A stretch of 38,084 nucleotides of DNA from Candidatus Dadabacteria bacterium (lineage in GTDB: Bacteria; Desulfobacterota_D; UBA1144; Nemesobacterales; UBA2774): positions 1 through 38,084 of the forward strand of contig JBFWTW010000001.1 in assembly GCA_050247635.1 (NCBI GenBank), read 5' to 3'. Below the pieces are notes generated by a model. It had not been told where the DNA came from. It searched no databases and saw only the letters and a list, made by a program, of their open reading frames with translations. Positions 1-8,471 of this stretch are shown in pieces. Position 1 is the first letter of the stretch, and each line of letters starts with the position of its first letter. Position numbers and translations under genes: made by a program.

Positions 1-56
1 TCGCCGCACGCCGTGAACGCTGCCGCCAATAACAAAAGAAAGAGAATATATTTCAT
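1..56 (-). CDS. nosL: NosL-like copper lipoprotein, N-terminal fragment running off the window edge
   Basis: This is not in the ORF track. The reverse complement of 1..56 reads ATG AAA TAT ATT CTC TTT ... = MKYILFLLLLAAAFTACG, a lipoprotein signal with lipobox FTAC. Its ATG overlaps the nosY stop (ATGA). The position after nosDFY fits nosL. Confidence 0.6.
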   Translation of the reverse strand, partial: MKYILFLLLLAAAFTACG

Positions 57-892
57 GGTTCTTCCCTCCTGAATACGCTGAATGACGCGAGCGCCAGACC
101 GAATGGCGCTATCGTCCAGAGAGCCATTATCGACATCAGCAAAAGCACCATCCCCTCCCTTCCGAACGTCCTTACGGCGTAGACGCCGACCGGGCCGAGT
201 ATCTCGTACCGGGGGCTGAGCGCCAGCACCGACGCTATCTTGAACACCTCGGCGGGGTTTAGGAGCGCCATGACGAAGACCTGCCTTATGCCGAGCTCCA
301 TCGCCGCCGCCGTACCCATGACGCCGAGGTCGCCCAGTATGATGAAGACGAGCCAGAGAAAGACGGCTATGCCCGTCGCCCGGGACGCCTTCCTCGAATA
401 CACAGACACAAGCAGCCCGACGCTCAATAGCGACGCCGCGAGAAGAGCCGAGAGTAGGGCAGTCATCAGGAATCCCGATGCATCCCCGCCCCCGCCGCGG
501 AGGGCCGCGCCTACCCCCGCGAGCCCGAATCCGAGCGAAATAGAGAGACATATGGGGATGAATATCCCGACGAACTTTCCGGCGAATACCTCGGCCTTCG
601 TTACAGGGTGCGAGAGGAGGTATTGGAGCGTTCCGTTTTCCCTCTCGCCGGATATCGCGCCCGAGCCCGTGATGAGGGATACGAGTGGCACGAACAGAAG
701 GACGAGGTTAATCAGGCTCGCGGCCGTCCTGCCGTAGCCCGCCCCTTCCGTGAGCGCTCCCTTTTCGGGGGCGATCGTGAGAATGAGAACTGCCAGCGCG
801 GAAAAGGATATCGTGTAGAGGACGAACCACTTGTTCTTTACGGATTCCCGCGCTTCCCTGCCCGCGAGCATGAGAACATTTCTAGCTTCCAT
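53..892 (-). CDS. nosY: ABC-2 type permease NosY
   Basis: It is a polytopic membrane protein directly after the nosF ATPase. I place the start at the internal ATG (MEARNVLML...), which has AAGGAG 9 nt upstream. The longer track ORF adds an Arg/Ser-rich extension lying inside nosF. Confidence 0.8.
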   Translation of the reverse strand: MEARNVLMLAGREARESVKNKWFVLYTISFSALAVLILTIAPEKGALTEGAGYGRTAASLINLVLLFVPLVSLITGSGAISGERENGTLQYLLSHPVTKAEVFAGKFVGIFIPICLSISLGFGLAGVGAALRGGGGDASGFLMTALLSALLAASLLSVGLLVSVYSRKASRATGIAVFLWLVFIILGDLGVMGTAAAMELGIRQVFVMALLNPAEVFKIASVLALSPRYEILGPVGVYAVRTFGREGMVLLLMSIMALWTIAPFGLALASFSVFRREEP

Positions 893-1781
893 TTCCGCCA
901 GCTCCTTCCAGTATGCTCTCCATCGTGGGCTCCTCGACGCCGAACCCGAGCACAGGGACGCCCTTTTCCGCCAGCACCGTGACGGGGACGGCCGCGCCGC
1001 CCTCCTCGGCATCTATCACGAGGCCGCTTCCGTTCCGGGAACGGACCGCTATGCCGGCCCGTGCGAGCGCCTCCTCGGCGCGCGTCATATCACCTTCGGG
1101 AACCCTCACGCTGACTTTCGTACCTGCTCCGGAAACACGCCTCAGGTTTTCGGGCTCGCCGTCGAAGACTATTTTACCGTTCCTCATGACGACAGCCCTG
1201 TCGGCCAGATAATCCACTTCGCCCAATCTGTGAGAGGAAAATATTACGGTGTTCCCCTCTTCTTTGTATTCCTTTATGAGGCGAAGGAAGTCAGTCCTTC
1301 CGCCCGCGTCGAGGTTTGACGTAGGCTCGTCGAGGAGGAGGTAGCGTGGGCTCGACAAAAGCGCCACCGCGAAGGAGAGCCTCTGCCTCATGCCGCCCGA
1401 AAGCTCGGAGGCGAATTTTTGAGCATGGCTCGAGAGGCCGGCTTTTTCGAGGACTGCTTCGCACTCATCCGGCCCGGCGCGCCTTATGCGGCCGAAGAAG
1501 CGGACGACTTCGATCGCCCGCATGTCGTAGAATACGGGCTCCTGGGGCAAGTAGCCGATGAGCGCCTTGGCCTGTTTCGATCCGCCCCTGACGCTGAGCC
1601 CGTTTATGGTTATATCGCCGGTGAAGTCGAGGAGGCCGAGCACGCATTTTAAAAGAGTGCTCTTTCCCGCCCCATTCATCCCGAGGAGCGAAACAGCTTC
1701 GCCTTCGCGGGCCGTAAGGCTCACGGAATCGACTGCTGTCAGCTTCCCGAAGCGCTTCGTGACGTTCATTATATCTATCAA
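882..1781 (-). CDS. nosF: ABC transporter ATP-binding protein NosF
   Basis: Walker A is GMNGAGKST, the signature is LSGGMRQRL and Walker B is LLLDEP. The start is probably TTG at 1781, which has GGAGG 6 nt upstream and forms a TTGA overlap with the nosD stop. An ATG at 1769 is the alternative. The 423-aa track ORF is a shadow extension through nosD. Confidence 0.85.
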   Translation of the reverse strand: MIDIMNVTKRFGKLTAVDSVSLTAREGEAVSLLGMNGAGKSTLLKCVLGLLDFTGDITINGLSVRGGSKQAKALIGYLPQEPVFYDMRAIEVVRFFGRIRRAGPDECEAVLEKAGLSSHAQKFASELSGGMRQRLSFAVALLSSPRYLLLDEPTSNLDAGGRTDFLRLIKEYKEEGNTVIFSSHRLGEVDYLADRAVVMRNGKIVFDGEPENLRRVSGAGTKVSVRVPEGDMTRAEEALARAGIAVRSRNGSGLVIDAEEGGAAVPVTVLAEKGVPVLGFGVEEPTMESILEGAGGNGS

Positions 1782-3202
1782 TGCTTGCCTCCATGCCCGC
1801 CGAGCGCCGTGTACCCGAAGAAGACGAGCGGCAGGATGGCCATCGACGCCGAAGCCAGGAGAAGCCCGCGCGGCGTCTCTGAGCGCCCTTCGGGCTCTAT
1901 GACGACCCCGGGGCGTACGAGCGGGTGCTCGTCCGTGAGCTTCGGCACAGGCTTTATGACCGGGAAGGCCTTCGAGGCGAGCTCGAGCGCCTTCGACGCC
2001 GGGCTGTAGGCGAATATGCGGAGCGACGGGTTCTTGTCTACTAGGCTCTCGAACAGGCTCTCGGCCTTGTACGGGATCTCGCCCACGCCGTCGCCGTCCT
2101 CGTCGTAGCCGACGTAATCGCTCCAGAAATTGCCGCGCCCGTCCCTCGACCACACGTTGCCGGAAAGGACCCCGCCGCCCCTCACCTCGACCTGCTCGTC
2201 GTTCCCGGTGAAGTTGTTCGCGACGAAAGCGTTTCGCCGGATCGACGGCATGACCGAGACGCCGATGTCGTTGTAGGCGATGACGTTCCCGTTTATATCG
2301 TTCCAGGCGTCGATGAGGTAGGGCGAGTTATCGAGGAATATTCCTATGCGGTTGTCCGCGATGACGTTGTCCCTCGCGACGACGCTGTCGAGGTCCTTGA
2401 AGCCGACGCCGTATCCAGTGCCGGTGCCCCGGTTGCCCGTGAATTTATTCCTGAAAAATTTTATGTCCACGCTGTACATCAAAAACCCGCCGACGGAGTT
2501 GTTCTTGAACTCGTTGTCCTCGAACCGGTTATGGTTACTCGACATGTAGTGAAGCCCGTAGCGGCCTCCCTCGACGATGTTGCCCTTTAGAAGCGTGTCG
2601 CTCGACCACCATATGACGACGTCCCTTACGTGGGAGACGTGATTGTCGAGGATCTTCGTGCCCGAGCTGTACCAGAGCCTTATGCCGTCTCCCCTCTTCG
2701 GGAGAGGCGCGTCCTTGCCCGTTACGACGTTACGGCTTACGACCGTGCCCTTCGAGCCCTTGATGTATATGCCGAAGAGTACGTCGTCGAGCCTGTTGTC
2801 GTTTACGGTGGCGCCAGGCGCGTTCTCGACGAGTACGCCTGCGTCCTCGGCCGAAAGATGAGAGCCCGACCCGGTTATCCGAAACCCCTGGAAGATCGTG
2901 CCCTCGCCGTTTATCGTGACGACTGTGCCCGTGCCCCCGCCGTCGATTACCGGGCGGCCTTGGCCTGTGATTGTAAGGGGCTTGTCCACGACTACGTGTT
3001 CATTGTAGACCCCGGGCCCTTCGACAATAATTTCGCCGCCGGGCGAGGCCGAGGCTATGGCCTCGGAGATTGACCTCAGCGGCCCGCCGGGAGAGACCCT
3101 CACAGTTTTACCCGCTGCGGATTCAGTAGTGCCTGCCTGCGGCGCTATGAGCGCCAGCAGGCAGAATAAGAGAATGGAGGATATGGTCGGCCGTAACGTC
3201 AT
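1778..3202 (-). CDS. nosD: Periplasmic parallel beta-helix protein NosD
   Basis: It has a signal peptide followed by repeated N/G/V-rich beta-helix turns (NRLDDVLFGIYI, NVVTGKD, NIVEGGRYGLHYM, NEFKNNSVGGFLMYS, NVIADNRIGIFLDNS). It sits upstream of nosFY. Confidence 0.85.
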   Translation of the reverse strand: MTLRPTISSILLFCLLALIAPQAGTTESAAGKTVRVSPGGPLRSISEAIASASPGGEIIVEGPGVYNEHVVVDKPLTITGQGRPVIDGGGTGTVVTINGEGTIFQGFRITGSGSHLSAEDAGVLVENAPGATVNDNRLDDVLFGIYIKGSKGTVVSRNVVTGKDAPLPKRGDGIRLWYSSGTKILDNHVSHVRDVVIWWSSDTLLKGNIVEGGRYGLHYMSSNHNRFEDNEFKNNSVGGFLMYSVDIKFFRNKFTGNRGTGTGYGVGFKDLDSVVARDNVIADNRIGIFLDNSPYLIDAWNDINGNVIAYNDIGVSVMPSIRRNAFVANNFTGNDEQVEVRGGGVLSGNVWSRDGRGNFWSDYVGYDEDGDGVGEIPYKAESLFESLVDKNPSLRIFAYSPASKALELASKAFPVIKPVPKLTDEHPLVRPGVVIEPEGRSETPRGLLLASASMAILPLVFFGYTALGGHGGKH

Positions 3203-3214
3203 TTCGGGGCTACC

Positions 3215-3868
3215 TCACCCACCCCCGGATTTAAGGATGAGCGGCTTGTAGGCGCGCCTGTGGAGATAGATGCCGACGAGCATCAGCACGGATGCCGCTA
3301 TGGACATGTATAGCCCCATCTCCCACGACGCTGTGGTTACGAACTGCCCGATCTTGCCGTCCCCAAGGAGCGGCGGAACGAACGGTTTTATGGAATTCGA
3401 AAGAGGGGCCCTTTTGTCGAGATTCATACCGAAATTCCGCATCCAGAAGTAAAGGTCCCCGAGAAAGAACGCCGGGTACAGGATGGCGGGAATGCACAGG
3501 ATCAGCGCCAGCGGACTGTGCACGTACACGGCCGCGAGCAAAAGAAGCGCGATGCCTATGACAATGAACACACTCAGCGTGCGTTCGAGCACTGCAGCAT
3601 CACCCATGGGCTTCATGCCTATGTAGTGGTTGAGCCCGTCGATTTCCTGTATGTCCCCCGTGAGCCTGTTTACGTACATGGACGCTTCGAGGCCGCCGGG
3701 ATACTGGGGTGCGAACAGCGTGATCTTCCAGTAGGGAAAGAATACCGATGCGAGAAGGAGCATGGCCGCCCCCGCGAGAACGAGCGAGGGCAGGAGAAAT
3801 CTCTTCTTCTCCTTTTGCCAGAGCTCTGGCGGGATTCGCGGTCCGAGTATGAGTTCGTTTTCCTTCAT
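3215..3868 (-). CDS. nosB: Four-TM membrane protein, NosB-like (clade II nos accessory)
   Basis: About four hydrophobic helices are visible. It lies between nosZ and nosD, where clade II loci carry nosB. The assignment rests on context and topology, not on a recognised motif. Confidence 0.5.
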   Translation of the reverse strand: MKENELILGPRIPPELWQKEKKRFLLPSLVLAGAAMLLLASVFFPYWKITLFAPQYPGGLEASMYVNRLTGDIQEIDGLNHYIGMKPMGDAAVLERTLSVFIVIGIALLLLAAVYVHSPLALILCIPAILYPAFFLGDLYFWMRNFGMNLDKRAPLSNSIKPFVPPLLGDGKIGQFVTTASWEMGLYMSIAASVLMLVGIYLHRRAYKPLILKSGGG

Positions 3869-4341
3869 TTTACAATCTCCTCTGTGGTGTAAAGCTTTCG
3901 GTTCTCCGTTGCGGCCGGCTTGTTCCGCGGGCCTTCGATGCTGTGGAGAACGCTTTTTGCATTGAGACCGGCTGTCGCCGACCCCGTATAATAAATTTTT
4001 GCCGTGCTGTAGAGCCTGTAGGCCCTTTCGTACTTTTCTTCCTCCATCGAGCTGTCGGCGGCTGCGGTGAAATCATCTCCCCGGTCGAGGTAAGATTCCG
4101 CCTGTGATATCAGGCCGCTCACGATCTCGTTTCTCCTGTCGGCGTGCACGAGCCCGGAGGAGACCCCGGCGGCAACTTCCCTGGCCTCGGCGGACTCCGA
4201 CTTCATGACAGAGGCATTATTCCTCCAGAAGTCGGCCTCGTCGGCCCCTGCCTGCAAAGCCCCCGCCGCATAGATTGCCGCGAGTGCGAAAATCAGACAG
4301 GCAAGACGGATAGTTCCGGATTTTGTGTTCGAAAGACTCAT
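3865..4341 (-). CDS. Exported hypothetical protein inside the nos operon
   Basis: The signal peptide reads MSLSNTKSGTIRLACLIFALAAIYAAGALQA. I chose the ATG at 4341 because GGAGG lies 8 nt upstream; the track start at 4356 overlaps that SD. The stop overlaps the nosB-like start (ATGA). I recognised no metal-binding motif. Confidence 0.6.
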   Translation of the reverse strand: MSLSNTKSGTIRLACLIFALAAIYAAGALQAGADEADFWRNNASVMKSESAEAREVAAGVSSGLVHADRRNEIVSGLISQAESYLDRGDDFTAAADSSMEEEKYERAYRLYSTAKIYYTGSATAGLNAKSVLHSIEGPRNKPAATENRKLYTTEEIVK

Positions 4342-4375
4342 TTGAGCCGCCTCCATCGAGCGCTCTGCATGATAA

Positions 4376-4422
4376 CGGCGCCCCTCCCCGAACCGCCATG
4401 GGAAGATGCCCGGGAAGGGCGC
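4376..4422 (-). other. GC-rich intercistronic stem-loop 3' of nosZ
   Basis: On the minus-strand RNA, GGCGCCCUUCCC (4422..4411) pairs with GGGAGGGGCGCC (4387..4376). That gives 12 bp including one G-U, with a loop of about 23 nt. It begins 17 nt after the nosZ stop and has no U-run. Confidence 0.5.
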
Positions 4423-4438
4423 CTCTTACAGCCCGTAC

Positions 4439-6487
4439 TTACGATCCCGGCCCGGGCTTGACCAGGAGATAACCCATCATTTCGAGGTGGAGCGCAGAGC
4501 AGAACTCCGTGCAGTAGAACGGGAACACGCCCGGCTTGTCCGCGACGAATTCCACCTTGGTGCTCTCGCCCGGCTCGAGGCTGAGGTTGATGTTGTAGCC
4601 GTCGATTGCGAAACCGTGCGTCGCGTCCCTCGCGCGCTCGACGTTCGTGATGTACATCGTCACCTTGTCGCCCTGGTTCACGGTTATGTGCTCGGGGTTG
4701 AAGTGGCTTCTGATAGCCGACATAGAGACCCGCACCGTGTTGCCGTCGATCTCGATCTTTTCGTTTCCGACGGTTGTGGCCTCGGGATCGACGCTCATGG
4801 TAGCCGGGTCAAACCCGACTTCGGGATACACGAGCCACGGCTTCAGTTTGTCGGCCTTTATCATCTGCACGTAGTGCGGCTCGCCGACGCCTATCGGCAT
4901 GTCGTAGAGGAGCTCCATCTTGTCCCCGGATATGTCGATAAGCTGGAAGTTCTGCGGGTGTAGCGGCCCTACAGGCAGGAACCTGTCTATCGACCACTTG
5001 TTGAGCGCGACGCAGTACTTCCCGTCGGGGCTGACCGTATCGCCCTCGGCGCAAACGGCGTGGCCTATGTTGTACTGGACAGGTATCTTCTCGACGAGCG
5101 TCCACGGATCGGGGCCGTTATAGATCGGCGGACCGAGCCTCCACTTGGCGAGCGTGCTCTCGATGAAAACGCTCGTGTAGGCGTTGCCATCGCTATCGAA
5201 CTGAGTGTGGAGCGGGCCGAGGCCAATCTCGACCTGCGCCTCGACGACGTCGTCGAAAGCCAGCACCGGCACGCCGAATTCGTCCTTTTCGGGGGCGCCC
5301 TTCTTTATGGCGTCCATGAGCTTGTTAAACGAATAGACTGTGGCGTGCGTGTCCAGCTTGCCGGATGCGATGATGAAGTTGCCGTCCGGAGTCACGTCTA
5401 CTCCGTGCGGGCTCTTGGGCACGTCTACGAAGTAGAGAATCCCCTCTTCTATGGCCGTATCGAGAGGTATGATGTGCGCGCCGTTAAGCTCCTTCGTCTT
5501 ACCGGCCTTGAAGACTTCCTCGGCCTTCTTCCAGTTGATGATGTGGAGATAGTCGGCCTCTCTCTGCGATATTCCGGCCTCGAACGGCGGATTACCTTCG
5601 TTGATGCCGCCCGTAGCCATTTCGGCGTTGATGGAATTACAGAATATCCATCCGTCGCTCACCTTCTTCCCGGCGTCGCAGAGGTCCTGCCAGTAAGGCG
5701 GGAGCTCTATCGAGAAGGACGCCGATTCGTCGATGCGTCCCTTCTCCCTGTCGAACTTGTAGAGGGTGGCGAGCCCCTTGTACTTTTCCTTGTATTCGTC
5801 GAGAGACGCAAATTCGTAAAACGGCAACGGGGTCGCGTACTGCGTCGTCTCTATGACGTATTCCGAGTTCGGCGTGACGAAGGTGGCGCCGTGGTCGGAT
5901 ATGGTGTTCGGGTTCTTGACTATCTGCTTGGTCTCGAAGTCCCTCAAGTCGATGACCGCAACCCTGGCGTTCGCCTTGTCGTTTATGAAGAGGAACTGAC
6001 CGTCGTAGTCGCCGTTCGTCTCCGTTAAAGCCGGGTGGTGGGTATCGGCCCAGTTGAGCGTCCTGTCTTCGCCGATCGGCATGTCGCCGCTCGTCAGTAT
6101 CTCGTGGGTCTCCGCCGAACCGGTCGCCCATCCCTGCCAGGGCTCGGGCGTGAATACTGCAATAGTCTTAAGGAGCCTCATCGACGGAACGCCGATTACG
6201 AAAACCTGCCCCGAGTGCCCGCCCGACGCGAAGAGAACGTAATCGTCGAACTTGCCCGACGGTATGTACGTTTTGAGGGCGGCTTCTACGTCCTTTTCCG
6301 ATAGCCCCCTCTCTTCGGCGATCTTCTTGACGCTGTCGGGGACTCCGGCGGCCAGCTGCGCCGGCTTGCCCTCGTTTTCCCCGCCTTCATTGTTGCATCC
6401 GGCCATAAAAACCGCGAATGCTAGTATGGGCAGAAAAAACAAGCCCAGATATCTCACATACCTTTTACATCCTGTATATCCACTCAT
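4439..6487 (-). CDS. nosZ: Nitrous-oxide reductase NosZ, Sec/lipoprotein (clade II-like) type
   Basis: CuZ histidine motifs present: DTHHP, SDHG, DYLHI, KSPHG, GPLHT and NIGHA. The CuA site is FYCTEFCSALHLEMMG with an upstream HGF. The N-terminus has no twin-arginine motif and carries the lipobox-like FMAGC. GAGGAGG lies 8 nt before the ATG. Confidence 0.95.
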   Translation of the reverse strand: MSGYTGCKRYVRYLGLFFLPILAFAVFMAGCNNEGGENEGKPAQLAAGVPDSVKKIAEERGLSEKDVEAALKTYIPSGKFDDYVLFASGGHSGQVFVIGVPSMRLLKTIAVFTPEPWQGWATGSAETHEILTSGDMPIGEDRTLNWADTHHPALTETNGDYDGQFLFINDKANARVAVIDLRDFETKQIVKNPNTISDHGATFVTPNSEYVIETTQYATPLPFYEFASLDEYKEKYKGLATLYKFDREKGRIDESASFSIELPPYWQDLCDAGKKVSDGWIFCNSINAEMATGGINEGNPPFEAGISQREADYLHIINWKKAEEVFKAGKTKELNGAHIIPLDTAIEEGILYFVDVPKSPHGVDVTPDGNFIIASGKLDTHATVYSFNKLMDAIKKGAPEKDEFGVPVLAFDDVVEAQVEIGLGPLHTQFDSDGNAYTSVFIESTLAKWRLGPPIYNGPDPWTLVEKIPVQYNIGHAVCAEGDTVSPDGKYCVALNKWSIDRFLPVGPLHPQNFQLIDISGDKMELLYDMPIGVGEPHYVQMIKADKLKPWLVYPEVGFDPATMSVDPEATTVGNEKIEIDGNTVRVSMSAIRSHFNPEHITVNQGDKVTMYITNVERARDATHGFAIDGYNINLSLEPGESTKVEFVADKPGVFPFYCTEFCSALHLEMMGYLLVKPGPGS

Positions 6488-6535
6488 CTTGATAACCTCC
6501 TCATATGGGAATTCCCTGGGGATTTCCCTTTATCG

Positions 6536-6928
6536 TCATTTTTTCGCCGCATCCTCGGACTCCAAATACTCGATCAGGGCGTCTATTTCTTCGTCGGTAA
6601 GGCCCAGATTCGGCATCGGCACCATATAAACACCGAGTAGCTCCTTTGCTATCGGGTCGGTCATTACCATCGTATCGGGGGACTTGAGCCACTTCTTCAG
6701 CCATTCCTCTTCCCGTCTTTCGGTTACTCCGGCAAGGTCGGGGCCGGCGAGCTTGCCGCCGCCTATCGTATGACAGGCCGCGCACGTTTTCTGTTGAAAG
6801 AGCTGCTTGCCCTTTTCGGCTTCCGACTGCCCTAGCGTAACGGGCGCCAGCATGAAGAAAACCGTGAGGGCGACGAGAACCGCCGTCAGGGCTTTTAACG
6901 GCGTGGGGATGATGTTTGAGTCTGACAT
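6536..6928 (-). CDS. Monoheme c-type cytochrome (NosC-like electron donor)
   Basis: It has a signal/anchor helix, a single CAACH heme motif followed by TIGGGKLAGPDL, and a distal Met region (VPMPN). AAGGAGG lies 6 nt before the ATG. It sits directly upstream of nosZ. Confidence 0.8.
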   Translation of the reverse strand: MSDSNIIPTPLKALTAVLVALTVFFMLAPVTLGQSEAEKGKQLFQQKTCAACHTIGGGKLAGPDLAGVTERREEEWLKKWLKSPDTMVMTDPIAKELLGVYMVPMPNLGLTDEEIDALIEYLESEDAAKK

Positions 6929-7041
6929 TTACTACCTCCTTTGCACAAATAGTTATGAAATCCTTATGCCACTCTTAACCTGCCGTAATCATTGACCGGC
7001 CGAAACCGGCCGATGTCGAGTGTCTTAAAACAGTACACAAC

Positions 7042-7076
7042 GTGAGTGGGCGCTCACTCATTGAGTGGGCACTCAA
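7042..7076. promoter_or_regulatory. Two tandem 16-bp palindromes, a candidate operator for the nos operon
   Basis: GTGAGTGGGCGCTCAC lies at 7042..7057 and TTGAGTGGGCACTCAA at 7061..7076. The second has perfect 7-bp arms (TTGAGTG/CACTCAA) around GG. Their centres are 19 bp apart, and they lie about 115-150 nt upstream of the cytochrome c start. Confidence 0.55.
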
Positions 7077-7219
7077 TAATACACGGCGAACAGCCGGGGA
7101 GACAAGTGTTATCCGGAATTTTCGAGAAGCCGGGCTTGATGTGCGTGACAATACACGCTTTGACGCCGCACGAAGCGTGGTTTGGTTAAAATGACTTGGA
7201 AAAAGTTATTTAAGACGGA

Positions 7220-8467
7220 TCAGCCGAAGAGGCGCTTAACTTTTTCGATGGTATCGACGGCGCGGTCGATCTCTTCTGTGGAGTTATAGAGATAAAAGCT
7301 CATCCGTGCGGCGTGCTCCATCCCTAGCCTGTCCATGAGCGGCTGGGCGCAGTGGTGCCCGGACCGTATCGCTATGCCCTCTTCGTCGAGCATCCCGGCG
7401 ACGTCGTGGGGGTGAACGCGCTTTACGTTAAAGGACACGACCCCTACCCTCTCGCCTTCGGACGGGCCGTAAAGCTCGACCCAATCGTGCGCTGAGAGCC
7501 TTTGCAAGGCATGCTTCAATAAAACTTCTTCGTGTGCGGCTATGGCGTCCAGGCCTATCGTGCTCAGGTAATCGACTGCCGCGCCCAGGGCGACTCCGCC
7601 GCCTATGTCGGGCGTACCGGCCTCGAACTTCCACGGGAGCTCGTTCCACGTCGAGCGCTCGGGCGTGACCTTCTCTATCATGTCGCCGCCGAAGAGGAAG
7701 GGATCCATACGTTCGAGGAGCTCCCCCCTGCCGTAGAGAAAGCCTGTACCGGTCGGCGCCAGCATCTTGTGCCCCGAAGCTGCCAGAAAGTCGCAGCCGA
7801 TGTCCTGGACGTCGAGCCTTATGTGGGGGGCCGACTGCGCCGCGTCGATGAGGACGAGCGCGCCGTACTCTTTAGCCTTACGGGTGAGCTCCTTTACGGG
7901 GTTTACGGTCCCCAGGACGTTCGACGCGTGGACCAGTGAGACGAGCTTCGTCCTTTCGGACAAGAGCCTGTCGAATTCGGCGATGTCGAGCCTGCCCTCG
8001 GGGTCTACGCCCACGATGTTGAGTGTAATGCCTAGCCTCTCACGGAGCATCTGCCACGGGACGAAGTTCGAATGGTGCTCCATTATCGTGATGAGCACCT
8101 CGTCCCCCGGTTTGAGATTGCCCAGCCCCCAGCCGTATGCGACGAGGTTTATGGATTCCGTAGCGTTACGCGTGAAGACTATAGTGTGCCAGTCGGTCGC
8201 GCCGACGAATCCTGCCACTTTCCTGTGGGCGGCTTCGTACATGAGCGTGGCCTCGTAGCTGAGCGTGTGGACGCCGCGGTGGATGTTCGAATTGTGGGCC
8301 TGATAGTAATCGATGAGGCTGTTCAGGACCTCGCGGGGCTTTTGAGTGGTGGCGGCGTTGTCGAGATAGACGAGCGGCTTTCCGTTTATCTTCCGCTCGA
8401 ACACAGGGAAGTCTTCCCTTAACTTTATCGGGTCGAGCCTCTTTCCTATTCTCGGTATGCTTTCCAT
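7220..8467 (-). CDS. sufS: Cysteine desulfurase, SufS type
   Basis: It shows class V aminotransferase features: HSNFVPWQ, ASGHKM (PLP lysine) and the C-terminal RSGHHCAQPLM active-site Cys loop typical of SufS. Confidence 0.9.
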   Translation of the reverse strand: MESIPRIGKRLDPIKLREDFPVFERKINGKPLVYLDNAATTQKPREVLNSLIDYYQAHNSNIHRGVHTLSYEATLMYEAAHRKVAGFVGATDWHTIVFTRNATESINLVAYGWGLGNLKPGDEVLITIMEHHSNFVPWQMLRERLGITLNIVGVDPEGRLDIAEFDRLLSERTKLVSLVHASNVLGTVNPVKELTRKAKEYGALVLIDAAQSAPHIRLDVQDIGCDFLAASGHKMLAPTGTGFLYGRGELLERMDPFLFGGDMIEKVTPERSTWNELPWKFEAGTPDIGGGVALGAAVDYLSTIGLDAIAAHEEVLLKHALQRLSAHDWVELYGPSEGERVGVVSFNVKRVHPHDVAGMLDEEGIAIRSGHHCAQPLMDRLGMEHAARMSFYLYNSTEEIDRAVDTIEKVKRLFG

Positions 8468-8471
8468 GGCT

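Noticed and set aside
1782-2153. The long N-terminal extension of the nosF track ORF, and the similar extension of nosY at 893..1012.
   Set aside because: The extensions are Arg-rich and lie inside the upstream genes. Internal starts with proper SD spacing give canonical protein lengths.
5060-6028. A 322-aa ORF on the plus strand, antisense to nosZ.
   Set aside because: The opposite strand encodes an unmistakable NosZ. The antisense product is Arg/Val/Leu/Glu-rich and low in complexity, as expected for shadow frames in GC-rich genes.
7061-7076. Calling the palindrome TTGAGTGGGCACTCAA a canonical FNR/DNR box.
   Set aside because: The canonical box is TTGAT-N4-ATCAA, i.e. TTGA-N6-TCAA. Here the spacing is TTGA-N8-TCAA, so I describe it only as a palindromic operator candidate.
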